A stretch of DNA of 64,000 bases from an uncultured Verrucomicrobiae bacterium (GTDB lineage: Bacteria > Verrucomicrobiota > Verrucomicrobiia > Limisphaerales > UBA11358): the NCBI GenBank assembly GCA_963797825.1, contig CAWCRR010000041.1, forward strand, positions 24,436-88,435, read 5' to 3'. Below the pieces are notes generated by a model. It was not told the origin of the DNA. It saw only the letters and a list, made by a program, of their open reading frames with translations, and searched no databases. Made by a program: the position numbers and the translations under genes. Of the stretch, positions 9,254 to 18,570 are shown in pieces. Positions within the stretch are counted from its first letter, which is position 1. Each line of letters begins with the position of its first letter.

Positions 9254-10562
9254 ATGAACCAGAAAACCCGATTCGATCTGGAACAGGCCGATATTCCCGC
9301 CGCCTGGTATAATCTCAACGCCGACTTTCCCGAACCTTTGCCGCCGCCGCTGCATCCGGGCACCGAAGAGCCGCTGCCGCCGGAAGCGCTGGAGGCGATT
9401 TTTCCGCGCAACCTCATCGAGCAGGAACTCAGCCGCGAAAAGTGGATTGAAATCCCCGACCCGGTGCGCGACATCTATGCGCTCTGGCGGCCCACGCCGT
9501 TGCTGCGCGCCGTGCGATTGGAGCGGGTCCTGAATACCCCGGCGCATATTTATTACAAATACGAAGGCGCCAGCCCCGCCGGCAGCCATAAGGTCAACAC
9601 CTCCGTCGCCCAGGCCTATTACAACAAGATCGCCGGCACCAAACGGCTGGCCACCGAGACCGGCGCGGGCCAATGGGGCGCCTCGCTGGCGTTCGCGTGC
9701 AGCCTGTTCGGCCTGCAATGCAATATCTACATGGTCCGGGTCAGCTACGACCAAAAACCCTATCGCCGGATGCTCATGCACACCTGGGGCGCGCACCGTC
9801 CACGCCAGCCCGAGCGACCAGACGGAATACGGACGCAAACTCCTGGCCGAAGACCCGAAATGTCCCGGCAGCCTCGGCATCGCCATCAGCGAAGCCATCG
9901 AGGACACCGTCAAGACGCCCGACACCAAGTACTCTCTGGGGAGCGTTTTGAACCATGTCTGCCTGCACCAGACCGTCATCGGCGAGGAATCTCTCAAGCA
10001 AATGGAAAAGGCCGGCGAGGAACCGGATGTGATCTTTGGCTGTTGCGGCGGTGGCAGCAATTTCGCCGGGCTGGCCTTTCCGTTCATCGCAAAAAAAATC
10101 CGCAACGGAAAAAAATACCGCCTCGTCGGCGTCGAGCCGACGGCGTGTCCGTCGCTGACGAAAGGCGAATTGCGTTACGATTTCGGCGACACGGCGGAAT
10201 CCACGCCGCTGCTGAAAATGTTCACCCTCGGCCACAAATTCATTCCGCCCAGCATCCACGCCGGCGGTCTGCGTTACCACGGCATGTCCCCGATGGTCAG
10301 CCACGCCCTCAAACTCGGCCTCATCGAAGCGGAGGCGTACCACCAGACAAAAATTTTTGAAGCGGCGATTTTGTTCGCGCGCAACGAAGGCATCGTCCCC
10401 GCGCCGGAATCCGCGCACGCCATCGCCGCCGTCGTGAACGAAGCCGCGAAATGCCGCGAGTCGGGCCAAAAGAAGGTGCTTCTCTTCAACCTCTCCGGCC
10501 ACGGGCTGCTCGATTTGAGTTCGTACGAAAATTACTTGCAGGGAAAAATTCAGGACGCTTAA
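9254..10562 (+). pseudogene. TrpB2-type tryptophan synthase beta-like PLP enzyme, single frameshift
   Basis: The N-terminal part lies in ORF 9206..10360 (HKVNT PLP-lysine context, ETGAGQWG). The rest lies in the frame of ORF 9948..10562 ([11 protein letters not shown]). The frames switch at about 9788-9797, just after HTWGA. This may be a sequencing error. Confidence 0.75.
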
Positions 10563-10573
10563 ACCCAAAATAA

Positions 10574-11455
10574 ATGAAAATTAAATTGATTCTCCTGGCC
10601 GCCGTTTGCGGATTGGCCTTCTCCCTCCACGCGCAATTGCCCGTGGGGAGCCATTACCCCACCGGCGCGGAAGGCATCAAAGGCGCCTCCCTTCCGCGGC
10701 CGGGAATTTACCTGCGCGACTACAATTTTTTCTACAACGCCAACAAGGTGGACGGCATGCCGAATGGCCCGGACATTTTCGCCTACGTCCAGGCGCCACG
10801 CCTGATCTGGATCACCCCCTGGAAAATCCTTGATGCGAATTATGGCATGGATGTCATCGTGCCCTTCGCTTACAAGAACATCGCCGCGCCCTTTGGCGAC
10901 GCGCATCAATTCAATCTCGGCGACATCCAGGTCGAACCGCTGGTCCTCTCGTGGCACTTCAAGCAATTCGATGCCGCCGCCGGTTACGCGATTTGGGTGC
11001 CGACGGGTGAATTTGACGCCAGTACGCCCGCGAAATATCTCAGCAGCGCCGGAAACGGTTTTTGGACGGACATGCTCACCCTCGGCGGCGTCTGGTATCC
11101 CGACCAGAAAAAAACCTGGGCGTTTTCGCTGTTAAACCGTTACGAAATCAACAGCCGCCAGGAGCACACGCACGTGACGCCGGGCGAAATGCTCACCATG
11201 GAATGGGGCCTGAGCAAAACCGTGATGCCTGGTGTGGACGTCGGCCTGGCCGGCTATTACCAGCAACTCGTCACCAAAGACAGCGGCGCGGGCGCATCGC
11301 CGCATTATTCCGACGTCGTCGGCGTCGGCCCGGAAGTCAGCGCGTTCTGGCCGAAAATCAAGACCTTCACGTCGCTCCGCTACGCTTACGAAGTGACCGC
11401 CCGCAATCGCCCGCAAGGCCAGACCACCGTGCTGACCATCACCAAAATATTTTGA
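10574..11455 (+). CDS. Outer-membrane beta-barrel transporter (MetA-pathway/phenol-degradation-like family)
   Basis: 293 aa with a signal peptide and an alternating beta-strand pattern. There is a C-terminal aromatic residue (..ITKIF). The family call comes from overall resemblance only. Confidence 0.55.
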   Translation: MKIKLILLAAVCGLAFSLHAQLPVGSHYPTGAEGIKGASLPRPGIYLRDYNFFYNANKVDGMPNGPDIFAYVQAPRLIWITPWKILDANYGMDVIVPFAYKNIAAPFGDAHQFNLGDIQVEPLVLSWHFKQFDAAAGYAIWVPTGEFDASTPAKYLSSAGNGFWTDMLTLGGVWYPDQKKTWAFSLLNRYEINSRQEHTHVTPGEMLTMEWGLSKTVMPGVDVGLAGYYQQLVTKDSGAGASPHYSDVVGVGPEVSAFWPKIKTFTSLRYAYEVTARNRPQGQTTVLTITKIF

Positions 11456-11467
11456 CGGTTAAATATT

Positions 11468-11491
11468 CTTTGCGTCTTTGCGTCTTTGCGT
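11468..11491. repeat. Tandem 8-mer (ctttgcgt x3) 12 nt upstream of trpB
   Basis: Read directly from the sequence. The same motif occurs as cgcaaagac near 29165. Confidence 0.8.
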
Positions 11492-11503
11492 GAGAATTGA
11501 ACA

Positions 11504-12718
11504 ATGAGTTCGGTTTTCGCAGACAATTTGCCCGACGCCCAGGGCCATTTCGGTCCCTACGGCGGACGTTATGTGCCGGAGACGCTGATGCACCCGCTGA
11601 AAGAGTTGGAAGAGGAATATTTCCGCGCGCAGCATGATCCGGAATTCCAACGCGAACTTTCCTATTATCTCACGGAATTCGTCGGGCGCCCCACCCCGCT
11701 TTATTTTGCCGAACGCCTCACCAAAGACGCCGGCGGCGCGAAAATTTATCTCAAGCGCGAAGACCTCAACCACACCGGCGCGCACAAGATCAATAACGCC
11801 ATCGGCCAGGTCCTCGTCGCCAAACGGATGGGCAAGACGCGCGTCATCGCCGAGACCGGCGCGGGCCAGCATGGCGTGGCCACGGCCACCGTCGCGGCGA
11901 TGTTCGGCTTGAAATGCTGTATCTACATGGGCGCGGTGGATTGCCGGCGGCAGGAGTTGAACGTCTATCGCATGAAGATGCTCGGCGCGGAAGTCGTGGC
12001 CGTCCATGCGGGACAAAAGACCTTGAAGGAAGCTGTCAACGAGGCCATGCGCGATTGGGTAACGAACATCCGCGACACGCATTACATCCTCGGCACCGCT
12101 TACGGCGCGCATCCCTATCCCGTCATGGTGCGGAATTTCCAGCGCGTCATCGGCGATGAAGCCCGCGCGCAGATTTTGGAAAAGGAAAAGCGGCTGCCGG
12201 ACATGCTCATCGCCTGCGTCGGCGGCGGCTCGAATGCCATCGGCCTGTTCTATCCGTTCCTCGAGGACAAATCCGTGAAGCTCGTCGGCGTGGAAGCAGG
12301 TGGGTTGGGCATCAAACCCGAGCAGCACGCCGCGCGGTTCCAGGGCGGCTCCCTCGGCGTGTTGCAGGGAACGCGCAGTTACATTTTGCAGGACGAATTC
12401 GGCCAGATCCAATCCACCCACAGCGTCAGCGCCGGATTGGATTATGCCGCTGTGGGCCCTGAACACGCCTGGCTGCGCGACGCCAGCCGCGCTGAATACA
12501 CCTACGCCACCGATGCCGAAGCGCTCGAAGGTTTTATGAAACTCGCGCGCCTCGAGGGCATCATTCCCGCGCTCGAAAGCGCGCACGCCATCGCCGAAGT
12601 CATGAAGCGCGCGCCGAAAATGGGCAAGAATGCGCTCATCATTGTGAACCTTTCCGGCCGCGGCGACAAAGACGTGGAGCAGGTCGCGAAGAAATTGAAA
12701 TTGAAGATGCCGAAGTAA
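11504..12718 (+). CDS. trpB: Tryptophan synthase beta chain
   Basis: 404 aa. Motifs are [14 protein letters not shown] (PLP lysine), [10 protein letters not shown] and GGGSNAIG. The protein is full length and intact. Confidence 0.95.
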   Translation: MSSVFADNLPDAQGHFGPYGGRYVPETLMHPLKELEEEYFRAQHDPEFQRELSYYLTEFVGRPTPLYFAERLTKDAGGAKIYLKREDLNHTGAHKINNAIGQVLVAKRMGKTRVIAETGAGQHGVATATVAAMFGLKCCIYMGAVDCRRQELNVYRMKMLGAEVVAVHAGQKTLKEAVNEAMRDWVTNIRDTHYILGTAYGAHPYPVMVRNFQRVIGDEARAQILEKEKRLPDMLIACVGGGSNAIGLFYPFLEDKSVKLVGVEAGGLGIKPEQHAARFQGGSLGVLQGTRSYILQDEFGQIQSTHSVSAGLDYAAVGPEHAWLRDASRAEYTYATDAEALEGFMKLARLEGIIPALESAHAIAEVMKRAPKMGKNALIIVNLSGRGDKDVEQVAKKLKLKMPK

Positions 12719-12725
12719 TCGGCTA
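12659..12725 (+). repeat. trpB tail repeat R1 (last 19 codons, stop and 7 nt)
   Basis: This 67-nt segment is repeated at 13133-13199 (about 63/67 identical). A deleted form lies at 13783-13828. Confidence 0.9.
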
Positions 12726-12736
12726 ATTTAGATTAA

Positions 12737-12949
12737 ATGAAAAGAAATTTTACTGCCGTTGTAAAACAGGATGAAGGCTGGTGGATTGGCTGGATTGCGG
12801 AAATTCCCGGGGTCAATTCCCAAGGCAAATCCCGCGCCGAACTTTTGAAAAATTTGCGATCGGCATTGAAAGAAGCATTAGAATTTAACCGCGACGACGC
12901 ACTCGCTGCAGCAAAAACCGATTACGAAGAAGAGCCGATCTTCGTGTGA
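12737..12949 (+). CDS. hicB: HicB-family antitoxin
   Basis: 70 aa. FTAVVKQDEGWWIGWIAEIPGVNSQGKSRAEL is the typical HicB/UPF0150 N-domain. It overlaps the hicA start by 4 nt (GTGA). Confidence 0.8.
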   Translation: MKRNFTAVVKQDEGWWIGWIAEIPGVNSQGKSRAELLKNLRSALKEALEFNRDDALAAAKTDYEEEPIFV

Positions 12950-13131
12950 AGCGGCGCGAGCTAATCCGGCATTTGAGCGCACATGGATGCGTGCTTATCC
13001 GCGAAGGCAGCGATCATTCATGGTGGGGAAATCCGGCAGCCAACCGCCGCTCCGCTGTGCCGAGACATAACGAAATAAACAAATTTCTTGCGCGAAAAAT
13101 TTGCCGCGACCTGGGAATTCCAGAGCCGTGA
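12946..13131 (+). CDS. hicA: HicA-family mRNA interferase toxin
   Basis: 61 aa with a GTG start. LIRHLSAHGCVLIREGSDHSWW..VPRHNEI fits the HicA/YcfA pattern. Confidence 0.8.
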   Translation: MKRRELIRHLSAHGCVLIREGSDHSWWGNPAANRRSAVPRHNEINKFLARKICRDLGIPEP

Positions 13132-13132
13132 G

Positions 13133-13199
13133 CGCGGCGACAAAGACGTGGAGCAGGTGGCGGCCAAATTGAAATTGAAGATGCCGAAGTAATCGGCTA
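13133..13199 (+). repeat. trpB tail repeat R2 (orphan coding tail)
   Basis: It starts 2 nt after the hicA stop. It would encode [19 protein letters not shown]-stop. It differs from R1 by one synonymous change and one replaced codon. Confidence 0.9.
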
Positions 13200-13209
13200 T
13201 TTTATTTTC

Positions 13210-13770
13210 ATGCTTGCGGCAGCTAAACATCGCTTTAGTGTGAAGGAATATTACCGGATGGCGGAAACAGGCGTTTTGCCTTCCAATGCCCGTGTCGAAT
13301 TGCTGAATGGCGAAATCATTGATATGTCACCTATCGGCCCCTTTCATGGCGGAATCACAAAATATTTGAGTAAAATCTTTTTTGGGGCCGCCCAGGGCCG
13401 CTGGATCACGCAAGTCCAGGACCCGGTGCGTTTGGACGATTATTCCGAACCTGAGCCGGACATTGCGCTGCTCAAGCCGATTTCTGATTTTTACCGCAAG
13501 CGGCATCCGCAGCCGGAAGATGTCTTTCTGTTGATTGAAGTCTCCGACACCAGCCTGGAAGCTGATCTTGAACAAAAGCTGCCCGCCTATGGCCGCGCGG
13601 GAATTGTCGAAGTCTGGATTGTGAACCTCAATGCGGCGACGGTTGAAATTTATCGGGAGCCAAACTTCACCGGCTACGGCAGCAAAGCCGTTTTGCGCGC
13701 GGGCGACCAGGCCCAACCGCTGGCGTTTCCCGACGTTGCCGTGGATGTGGCCGAACTGCTGAAACGGTGA
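13210..13770 (+). CDS. Uma2-family (DUF820) putative restriction-endonuclease-like protein
   Basis: 186 aa. The YYRMAE..G....RVELL.GEII.MSP start and the PEPDIAL...E(V)..(S) core are typical of Uma2 proteins. Confidence 0.75.
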   Translation: MLAAAKHRFSVKEYYRMAETGVLPSNARVELLNGEIIDMSPIGPFHGGITKYLSKIFFGAAQGRWITQVQDPVRLDDYSEPEPDIALLKPISDFYRKRHPQPEDVFLLIEVSDTSLEADLEQKLPAYGRAGIVEVWIVNLNAATVEIYREPNFTGYGSKAVLRAGDQAQPLAFPDVAVDVAELLKR

Positions 13771-13782
13771 ACCTCTCTCGGG

Positions 13783-13828
13783 CCGCGCGACGAAGACATG
13801 GAGCAGGTGGCGGCCGAAGTAATCGGCT
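13783..13828 (+). repeat. trpB tail repeat R3 (decayed, 20-nt internal deletion)
   Basis: It shares the gtggcggcc variant with R2. It lacks aaattgaaattgaagatgcc and ends in gaagtaatcggct like R1 and R2. Confidence 0.8.
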
Positions 13829-13895
13829 GATTTGGATTATGTGAAAAGCAATTTTGCTGCCGTTGTAAAACAGGATGGTTCTAATCCGCGAAGGT
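13829..13895 (+). pseudogene. Remnant of a second hicB-hicA copy
   Basis: gatttggattatGTGaaaagcaattttgctgccgttgtaaaacaggatgg matches the R1-hicB junction and the first 13 hicB codons. It is then fused to ctaatccgcgaagg, which resembles hicA codons around LIREG. Confidence 0.65.
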
Positions 13896-13995
13896 CTCTA
13901 ATACTTCAATGATAACCGCCAGAAACACACATTGCGTAGATGAATTTTGAAATATTTTTTGTCCTTTAACAACCTGCTATTGAAGGACTTTTGAC

Positions 13996-15243
13996 TTAAT
14001 GAATACGAATCATGCCAGCATTCCAAACGTCAAGAGTTCCTTTGACACAAAGGATGACACTGGGAAGGATTAAGCCAAGGATCAGACATAACCACATGAA
14101 ATAACTCGTCCAGCACTGGCTTTTTGCGGGCAAAGGCCTCGGAAAATCCGGTGTGACACCTGCCGCAAGCATGCGGTCATAAAGATTAGGATGAATCTTT
14201 GTGGACAACGATGACATCACCGCTGGAGAGCCATTGGATTCATAAAGACGGGCAAGGGCGCGCGCATAGATGGCGCCATCCACCTGAAAATCTCCGACGA
14301 TCTTGTCAGCTCGTTTTTCCATGCTGCGCGCTACGCGGATCACAACGATCCACAAAACAAATATCCCGATGACGAGAAAACCAAACGTGGCAGTGCCATT
14401 GTCGCCAAGCGAAAGAAGTGGCCGGCAAAAAATCCATGGAAAGAAAATGAATGAACCCAATAATCGGATGAACAGCACAACTTTTGGTTCGTCCAAATGT
14501 CCCAACTCATGCGCGCAGACCGCTTGTATTTCATCGTCATTGAGGATGGAAATCAATTTATCGGTGAAAAGTAATTGGCGCTCTAGGGGAAAGGCTGCGG
14601 CATTTGCCACATACGTTGACAAAATCCATGACTTACGGACCGGCACGCCTAATTTTTGAGAGGCCTCGGCCACGAGCGCATTCAAATGGTCCGTGGCTGG
14701 TCGCAACAAACCGAACCATTTCAGGATCAGCAGCCCCAATCCGAAGCGAAAAGCCAGGATCGTAAGAAAGACACCTGTGGCGAAAATCCAAGTGGTAAGG
14801 CCAAAATGGTCGGGCATGGCGAAAGCCGTGACGACTATCAACAACCACATGGGGATAATTAACAACAGACCTGCGGCCAGAAGATGCAACCAAAGTCTAA
14901 AACGTAGCGGGGGGTGCAACTCACGGCTCAAAAAATAGCCGGCAAACACAGCGCCCAGGAACGCGGATATAGCCACCACTAAAATTTGAATCCCTGAAAA
15001 AAAATAACAACACACCAGTGTTAGATTTAACGGGATCAACCAGGTATTCAGGCTGGCGGACTTTGCAACGGGATAGGACAATCTGGCCCGCTCAGTCCAG
15101 TGCTTGCCAACGCTCCTGCGCCAGGGAATAAGCGCAAGCCAGTTCAAACTCCAGGACAACACAAAGGCGATGCAAAAACTTCCGACTGTCAGCGCCAAAA
15201 ACATTGCTGTTGAATAGCAATTTGCTTTAACCAAGTCCAGCAT
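13996..15243 (-). CDS. M48-family membrane zinc metalloprotease
   Basis: 415 aa with multiple TM helices. It carries the HExxH motif in the context AVCAHELGHL. Confidence 0.75.
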   Translation of the reverse strand: MLDLVKANCYSTAMFLALTVGSFCIAFVLSWSLNWLALIPWRRSVGKHWTERARLSYPVAKSASLNTWLIPLNLTLVCCYFFSGIQILVVAISAFLGAVFAGYFLSRELHPPLRFRLWLHLLAAGLLLIIPMWLLIVVTAFAMPDHFGLTTWIFATGVFLTILAFRFGLGLLILKWFGLLRPATDHLNALVAEASQKLGVPVRKSWILSTYVANAAAFPLERQLLFTDKLISILNDDEIQAVCAHELGHLDEPKVVLFIRLLGSFIFFPWIFCRPLLSLGDNGTATFGFLVIGIFVLWIVVIRVARSMEKRADKIVGDFQVDGAIYARALARLYESNGSPAVMSSLSTKIHPNLYDRMLAAGVTPDFPRPLPAKSQCWTSYFMWLCLILGLILPSVILCVKGTLDVWNAGMIRIH

Positions 15244-15301
15244 CGCAAAAAGGCAATTGTTTCATCTCGACATGGATATCTCAAAACCGAACATTCATTG
15301 A

Positions 15302-15670
15302 ATGAACCAATCTCTCACCACCCGCATCGCCGCCATCGCCGGCTTTCTCGCCGTCGCGCTCGGCGCATTCGGCGCGCATGGATTAAAGGGATTGCTCGCG
15401 CAGAACGGGACGGCCACAATTTGGGAAAAGGCGGTCTTCTATCATTTCATCCACGCCGTCATGTTGTTCGTGTTGGCGGATCGAAAACCCTTTCCAGCGG
15501 TCGCCTGGTGGAGCTTCCTCCTCGGAATTATTTTTTTTAGCGGCTCACTTTATTTGCTGGCGGTGACGGATGTCCTTTGGCTCGGCGCGGTGACGCCGAT
15601 CGGCGGCGTCAGTTTTCTGGTGGGCTGGGGATTCCTGGTCTTCAAATCTTCGCGGACGGAAATCAAATAA
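15302..15670 (+). CDS. DUF423 (YgdD-like) small membrane protein
   Basis: 122 aa with four hydrophobic helices. LGAFGAHGLK and YHFIHA motifs are characteristic of DUF423. Confidence 0.75.
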   Translation: MNQSLTTRIAAIAGFLAVALGAFGAHGLKGLLAQNGTATIWEKAVFYHFIHAVMLFVLADRKPFPAVAWWSFLLGIIFFSGSLYLLAVTDVLWLGAVTPIGGVSFLVGWGFLVFKSSRTEIK

Positions 15671-15825
15671 TTGGGGAGCGCACGCGCCTCGCGTGCTGTT
15701 TCGCGCGCCCTCGCGTGAAACATCTTCGCCCTTTCAGCATTTTCCTGATTTAGGGCCTTAACGATAATTGAGGCCCTTGACCGGGCGCAACTCCGGTGTA
15801 AATTTCCCATCGAAAAGGAGTTTTT

Positions 15826-16542
15826 ATGAAAAGATACTGTCTGGCAATCGTCTCATGCCTTTGCCTGGGCGCCACGGCGGCGCAGGCGCAATATAATAAT
15901 CCCCCGCCCCCGCCGAATGGTCCCCCGCCAGGGGAGGGAATGTATATTCTCCCGCCGGACATGGGCCTCTATTTTCGCGGGGCCGTAGGGCCGTCTTTTT
16001 ATCAGGATGGCCGGCTCACCTATTTCGGCGGCCCGGTCAGCAGCCCGGTGCATTATGATACCGGCGTCGCGGCCGATGCTGCCGTCGGATGGGCGTTCAA
16101 CCGCTATGTCTCCGTCGATTTCCAAACCGGATTTCAAGGTGCGCGAATTGATGATGTGCCGGGATATTCTCAATATCATTCAGACGTGTATGACGTGCCG
16201 TTCATGGGCAACATAACGCTGTCGTATCCCATCCCGCGCACCTTTCTTGAGCCGTATATCGGCGGCGGGGCCGGCGGGGCCGACACCTATTTCCATGCGC
16301 ATGATTTCAGCGACGGCGTCACCACGGTATATGGCGAGGAAAACGACGTGGTCTATGCCTGGCAAGTGTTTGGCGGCTTGCGTTTCCGGCTGGCTCCCAA
16401 CATGTGGCTGGGGGCGGAATATAAATATTTCACCACCGGCGATACCAGTTACAGCTATCCTCCCAGCCCGAATTTCAACGTCGGGTTCGATGGCGTGCGT
16501 ACGCACTCGGTCCTGTTTACCTTCGAATGGATGTTCTGGTGA
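15826..16542 (+). CDS. Outer-membrane beta-barrel domain protein
   Basis: 238 aa with a signal peptide and a proline-rich linker. It has amphipathic strands and the C-terminal FTFEWMFW aromatic signature. Confidence 0.6.
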   Translation: MKRYCLAIVSCLCLGATAAQAQYNNPPPPPNGPPPGEGMYILPPDMGLYFRGAVGPSFYQDGRLTYFGGPVSSPVHYDTGVAADAAVGWAFNRYVSVDFQTGFQGARIDDVPGYSQYHSDVYDVPFMGNITLSYPIPRTFLEPYIGGGAGGADTYFHAHDFSDGVTTVYGEENDVVYAWQVFGGLRFRLAPNMWLGAEYKYFTTGDTSYSYPPSPNFNVGFDGVRTHSVLFTFEWMFW

Positions 16543-16639
16543 CAGGCGGGACAATGGCAGGGCGTACTACGACCTCGCGAGCCATGACTCTGTGAGTAAT
16601 GCCTGAACCGGTCGCATAGTGCCGGACACCCCAAACACA

Positions 16640-16868
16640 AAACCCGTCCGCTTGCTGTTCCCTCTCCGCGTCGCGAGTCTGCGAGCGATGGGGAGAGGGT
16701 CAGGGTGAGAATTCCCCGATTCGTTTCGCGCATTGAATCCTTGAACCAGCCGCTTGCTGCCGTGTATTAGAGCTACAACGAGCATCCGCCTGCTGTTCCC
16801 TCTCCGCTCCCATCGGATGGGAGGGGAGAGGGTCAGGGTGAGGTGAGGGTCCGCAGGGTTCATGGGGA
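16640..16868 (-). repeat. Family A repeat copy (ctcaccctgaccctctcccc element)
   Basis: Its reverse complement matches 49486-49800 and 53597-53945, including ggagcggagagggaacagcaggcggatgctcgttgtagctctaat and ttcaatgcgcgaaacgaatcgggg. Boundaries are approximate. Confidence 0.8.
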
Positions 16869-17475
16869 GGTGTCCGTTTCTTCCTTCTTCCTTTACCATC
16901 CAGTTTTGGCTATTGCTGTTGTCGTGAGCCATTCCGCTTCCAACGCGCCGGACAAAACTATCCGCGCGCGGGAGTTGTGCGACCACGGGTCCTGGAAGGA
17001 ACTGCTGGCCTTCGCCAAAAGCTGGCGCGCGGAGGAGCCGTCCGCGGCCAAAGCGGCGTTCTTTCAAGGGCTGGCCCTCGCGTCGATCGGACGGTTCGTC
17101 GAGGCCGAAACCAGCTACCGGCACGCCCTGGCGCTGGACGCGAATGATTTCAAAACCTGGAACAATTTGTCGGGAGTGTTGTTTGATTCGCTGAACAAGC
17201 CGATGGACGGCCTGCGTTGCATGGAGCAGGCGTTGAAGCTGGACCCGCGCAACAAACTCGGCTGGTCCAATCTCGCCAGCATGTTGGGAAGGCTGGGCCG
17301 TCACGAAAAAGCGCTCGAATTCGCCGGACACGCCCTCGAGTTGGACCCCCACTTTGTCGAGGCGCTCCTCCACAAAGCCGCCGCCGCCAAGGCCTTGGGC
17401 AAGCCGGAGATCGTCCGCGAAGTTTCCTTGACCCTGTCCTCCATCGAAGCCGATAAATTCCGTCGCGGCAAGTAA
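16843..17475 (+). CDS. Tetratricopeptide-repeat protein
   Basis: TPR-like 34-aa periodicity is visible (FFQGLALASIGRFVEAETSYRHALALD, NNLSGVL.., WSNLASMLGRLGRHEKALEF). The 5' end overlaps a repeat. The start is uncertain, and GTG at 16924 is possible. Confidence 0.6.
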   Translation: MRVRRVHGEVSVSSFFLYHPVLAIAVVVSHSASNAPDKTIRARELCDHGSWKELLAFAKSWRAEEPSAAKAAFFQGLALASIGRFVEAETSYRHALALDANDFKTWNNLSGVLFDSLNKPMDGLRCMEQALKLDPRNKLGWSNLASMLGRLGRHEKALEFAGHALELDPHFVEALLHKAAAAKALGKPEIVREVSLTLSSIEADKFRRGK

Positions 17476-17495
17476 AGGGCCAGCGGTCTCCTTCG

Positions 17496-17527
17496 ATGTT
17501 GAATGTTGGATGTTGAATGTTGAATGT
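17496..17527. repeat. Heptamer tandem array (atgttga/atgttgg x4.5)
   Basis: Read directly. Shorter copies of the same motif lie at 23914-23927 and 49313-49333. Confidence 0.8.
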
Positions 17528-17689
17528 TTTACCTTCTTCCGCTACCTTGCCTTGAGTCACCAAAGCGTCGCCATGACTGCGCTGTCCCCCTCAGCAAACA
17601 GCGGTGTTAATGTCGCCATTCCCAATGGCGAAAAAATAATTCAAAGGATTTTTCCCTCCACGGGTTCCAACTTGTCAAAAGCACGATGC

Positions 17690-18244
17690 ATGGCCGACGC
17701 CGACGATGACCTGGTGTTGCAATGCCAAAAAGGCAATGCATTGGCGTTTGAAACGCTCGTGCGAAATCATCAACAAATGATCCATGCCCTGACATTTCGG
17801 ATGACCGGGACCGCGGCCGACGCCGAGGACCTCGCGCAGGAAGCCTTTATCCGCGCCTTCGAGCAGATCCAATCGTTCAACGGCGGCGCAAAATTTTCCA
17901 CCTGGCTCTACAGCATCGCCATGCATGCCTGCCTGAACTGGCGCCGGGCCGAGGCGCGGCGCTTCCAGGCCTACGAAAAATGCGCCGAAGAGACCGCTTC
18001 AACCCTTCAACCCTTTAACGGTTCAACCGCCGCCGCCGGCATGGCCCAACTGGCGCAGGCGGCCTTGATGAAGCTGCCCGCCAAACAGCGCGCGGCAGTG
18101 GTCCTGACCATTTACGACGGGTTGAATCATGCCGAAGCGGCAAAAATCTTGGGCTGTTCGGAGACGACCATCTCCTGGCGCGTCTTCACCGCCAAACGAA
18201 AATTGAAACGGCTGCTGTCCGCAAATGGGAAAAGCCATGAATGA
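17690..18244 (+). CDS. ECF-type RNA polymerase sigma-70 family factor
   Basis: Region 2 (DAEDLAQEAFIRAF.., STWLYSIAMHACLNWRR) and region 4 HTH (NHAEAAKILGCSETTISWRVFTAKRKL) are present. I chose the internal ATG at 17690; the ORF opens at 17510. Confidence 0.85.
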   Translation: MADADDDLVLQCQKGNALAFETLVRNHQQMIHALTFRMTGTAADAEDLAQEAFIRAFEQIQSFNGGAKFSTWLYSIAMHACLNWRRAEARRFQAYEKCAEETASTLQPFNGSTAAAGMAQLAQAALMKLPAKQRAAVVLTIYDGLNHAEAAKILGCSETTISWRVFTAKRKLKRLLSANGKSHE

Positions 18245-18569
18245 TTCCGAGCTGGAACAGAAATTGAAATCCGTGCGCGTCCCGCAACGGACGGAAGACT
18301 ATTGGGAGGACTTCCCCTCGCGCGTGTACGCCCAATTGCCGGCGGCCGTGAGTCAGAGGCCGCGAAGAGCCTTCCTGCCCGCCTGGGCATGGGCTGGCGG
18401 GCTGGCGATGGCTTGCGTAGTCTTTACGCTGGTGATTTGGCCGTCGTTCCAACTGGCCATGAAAGATGAGCGCGCGCTTCATCGCGAACTCGCGGAATTG
18501 CCCCGTCATCTGCACGTCCTGATGGCCGATGAACATGGAATGCATTATTTGATCGCCAACCCACAATGA
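18237..18569 (+). CDS. Putative anti-sigma factor (single-pass membrane protein)
   Basis: Its ATG overlaps the sigma stop codon. It has a short cytoplasmic N-terminus, one TM helix (AWAGGLAMACVVFTLVIW) and a small C-terminal domain. The call rests on position. Confidence 0.5.
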   Translation: MNDSELEQKLKSVRVPQRTEDYWEDFPSRVYAQLPAAVSQRPRRAFLPAWAWAGGLAMACVVFTLVIWPSFQLAMKDERALHRELAELPRHLHVLMADEHGMHYLIANPQ

Positions 18570-18570
18570 T

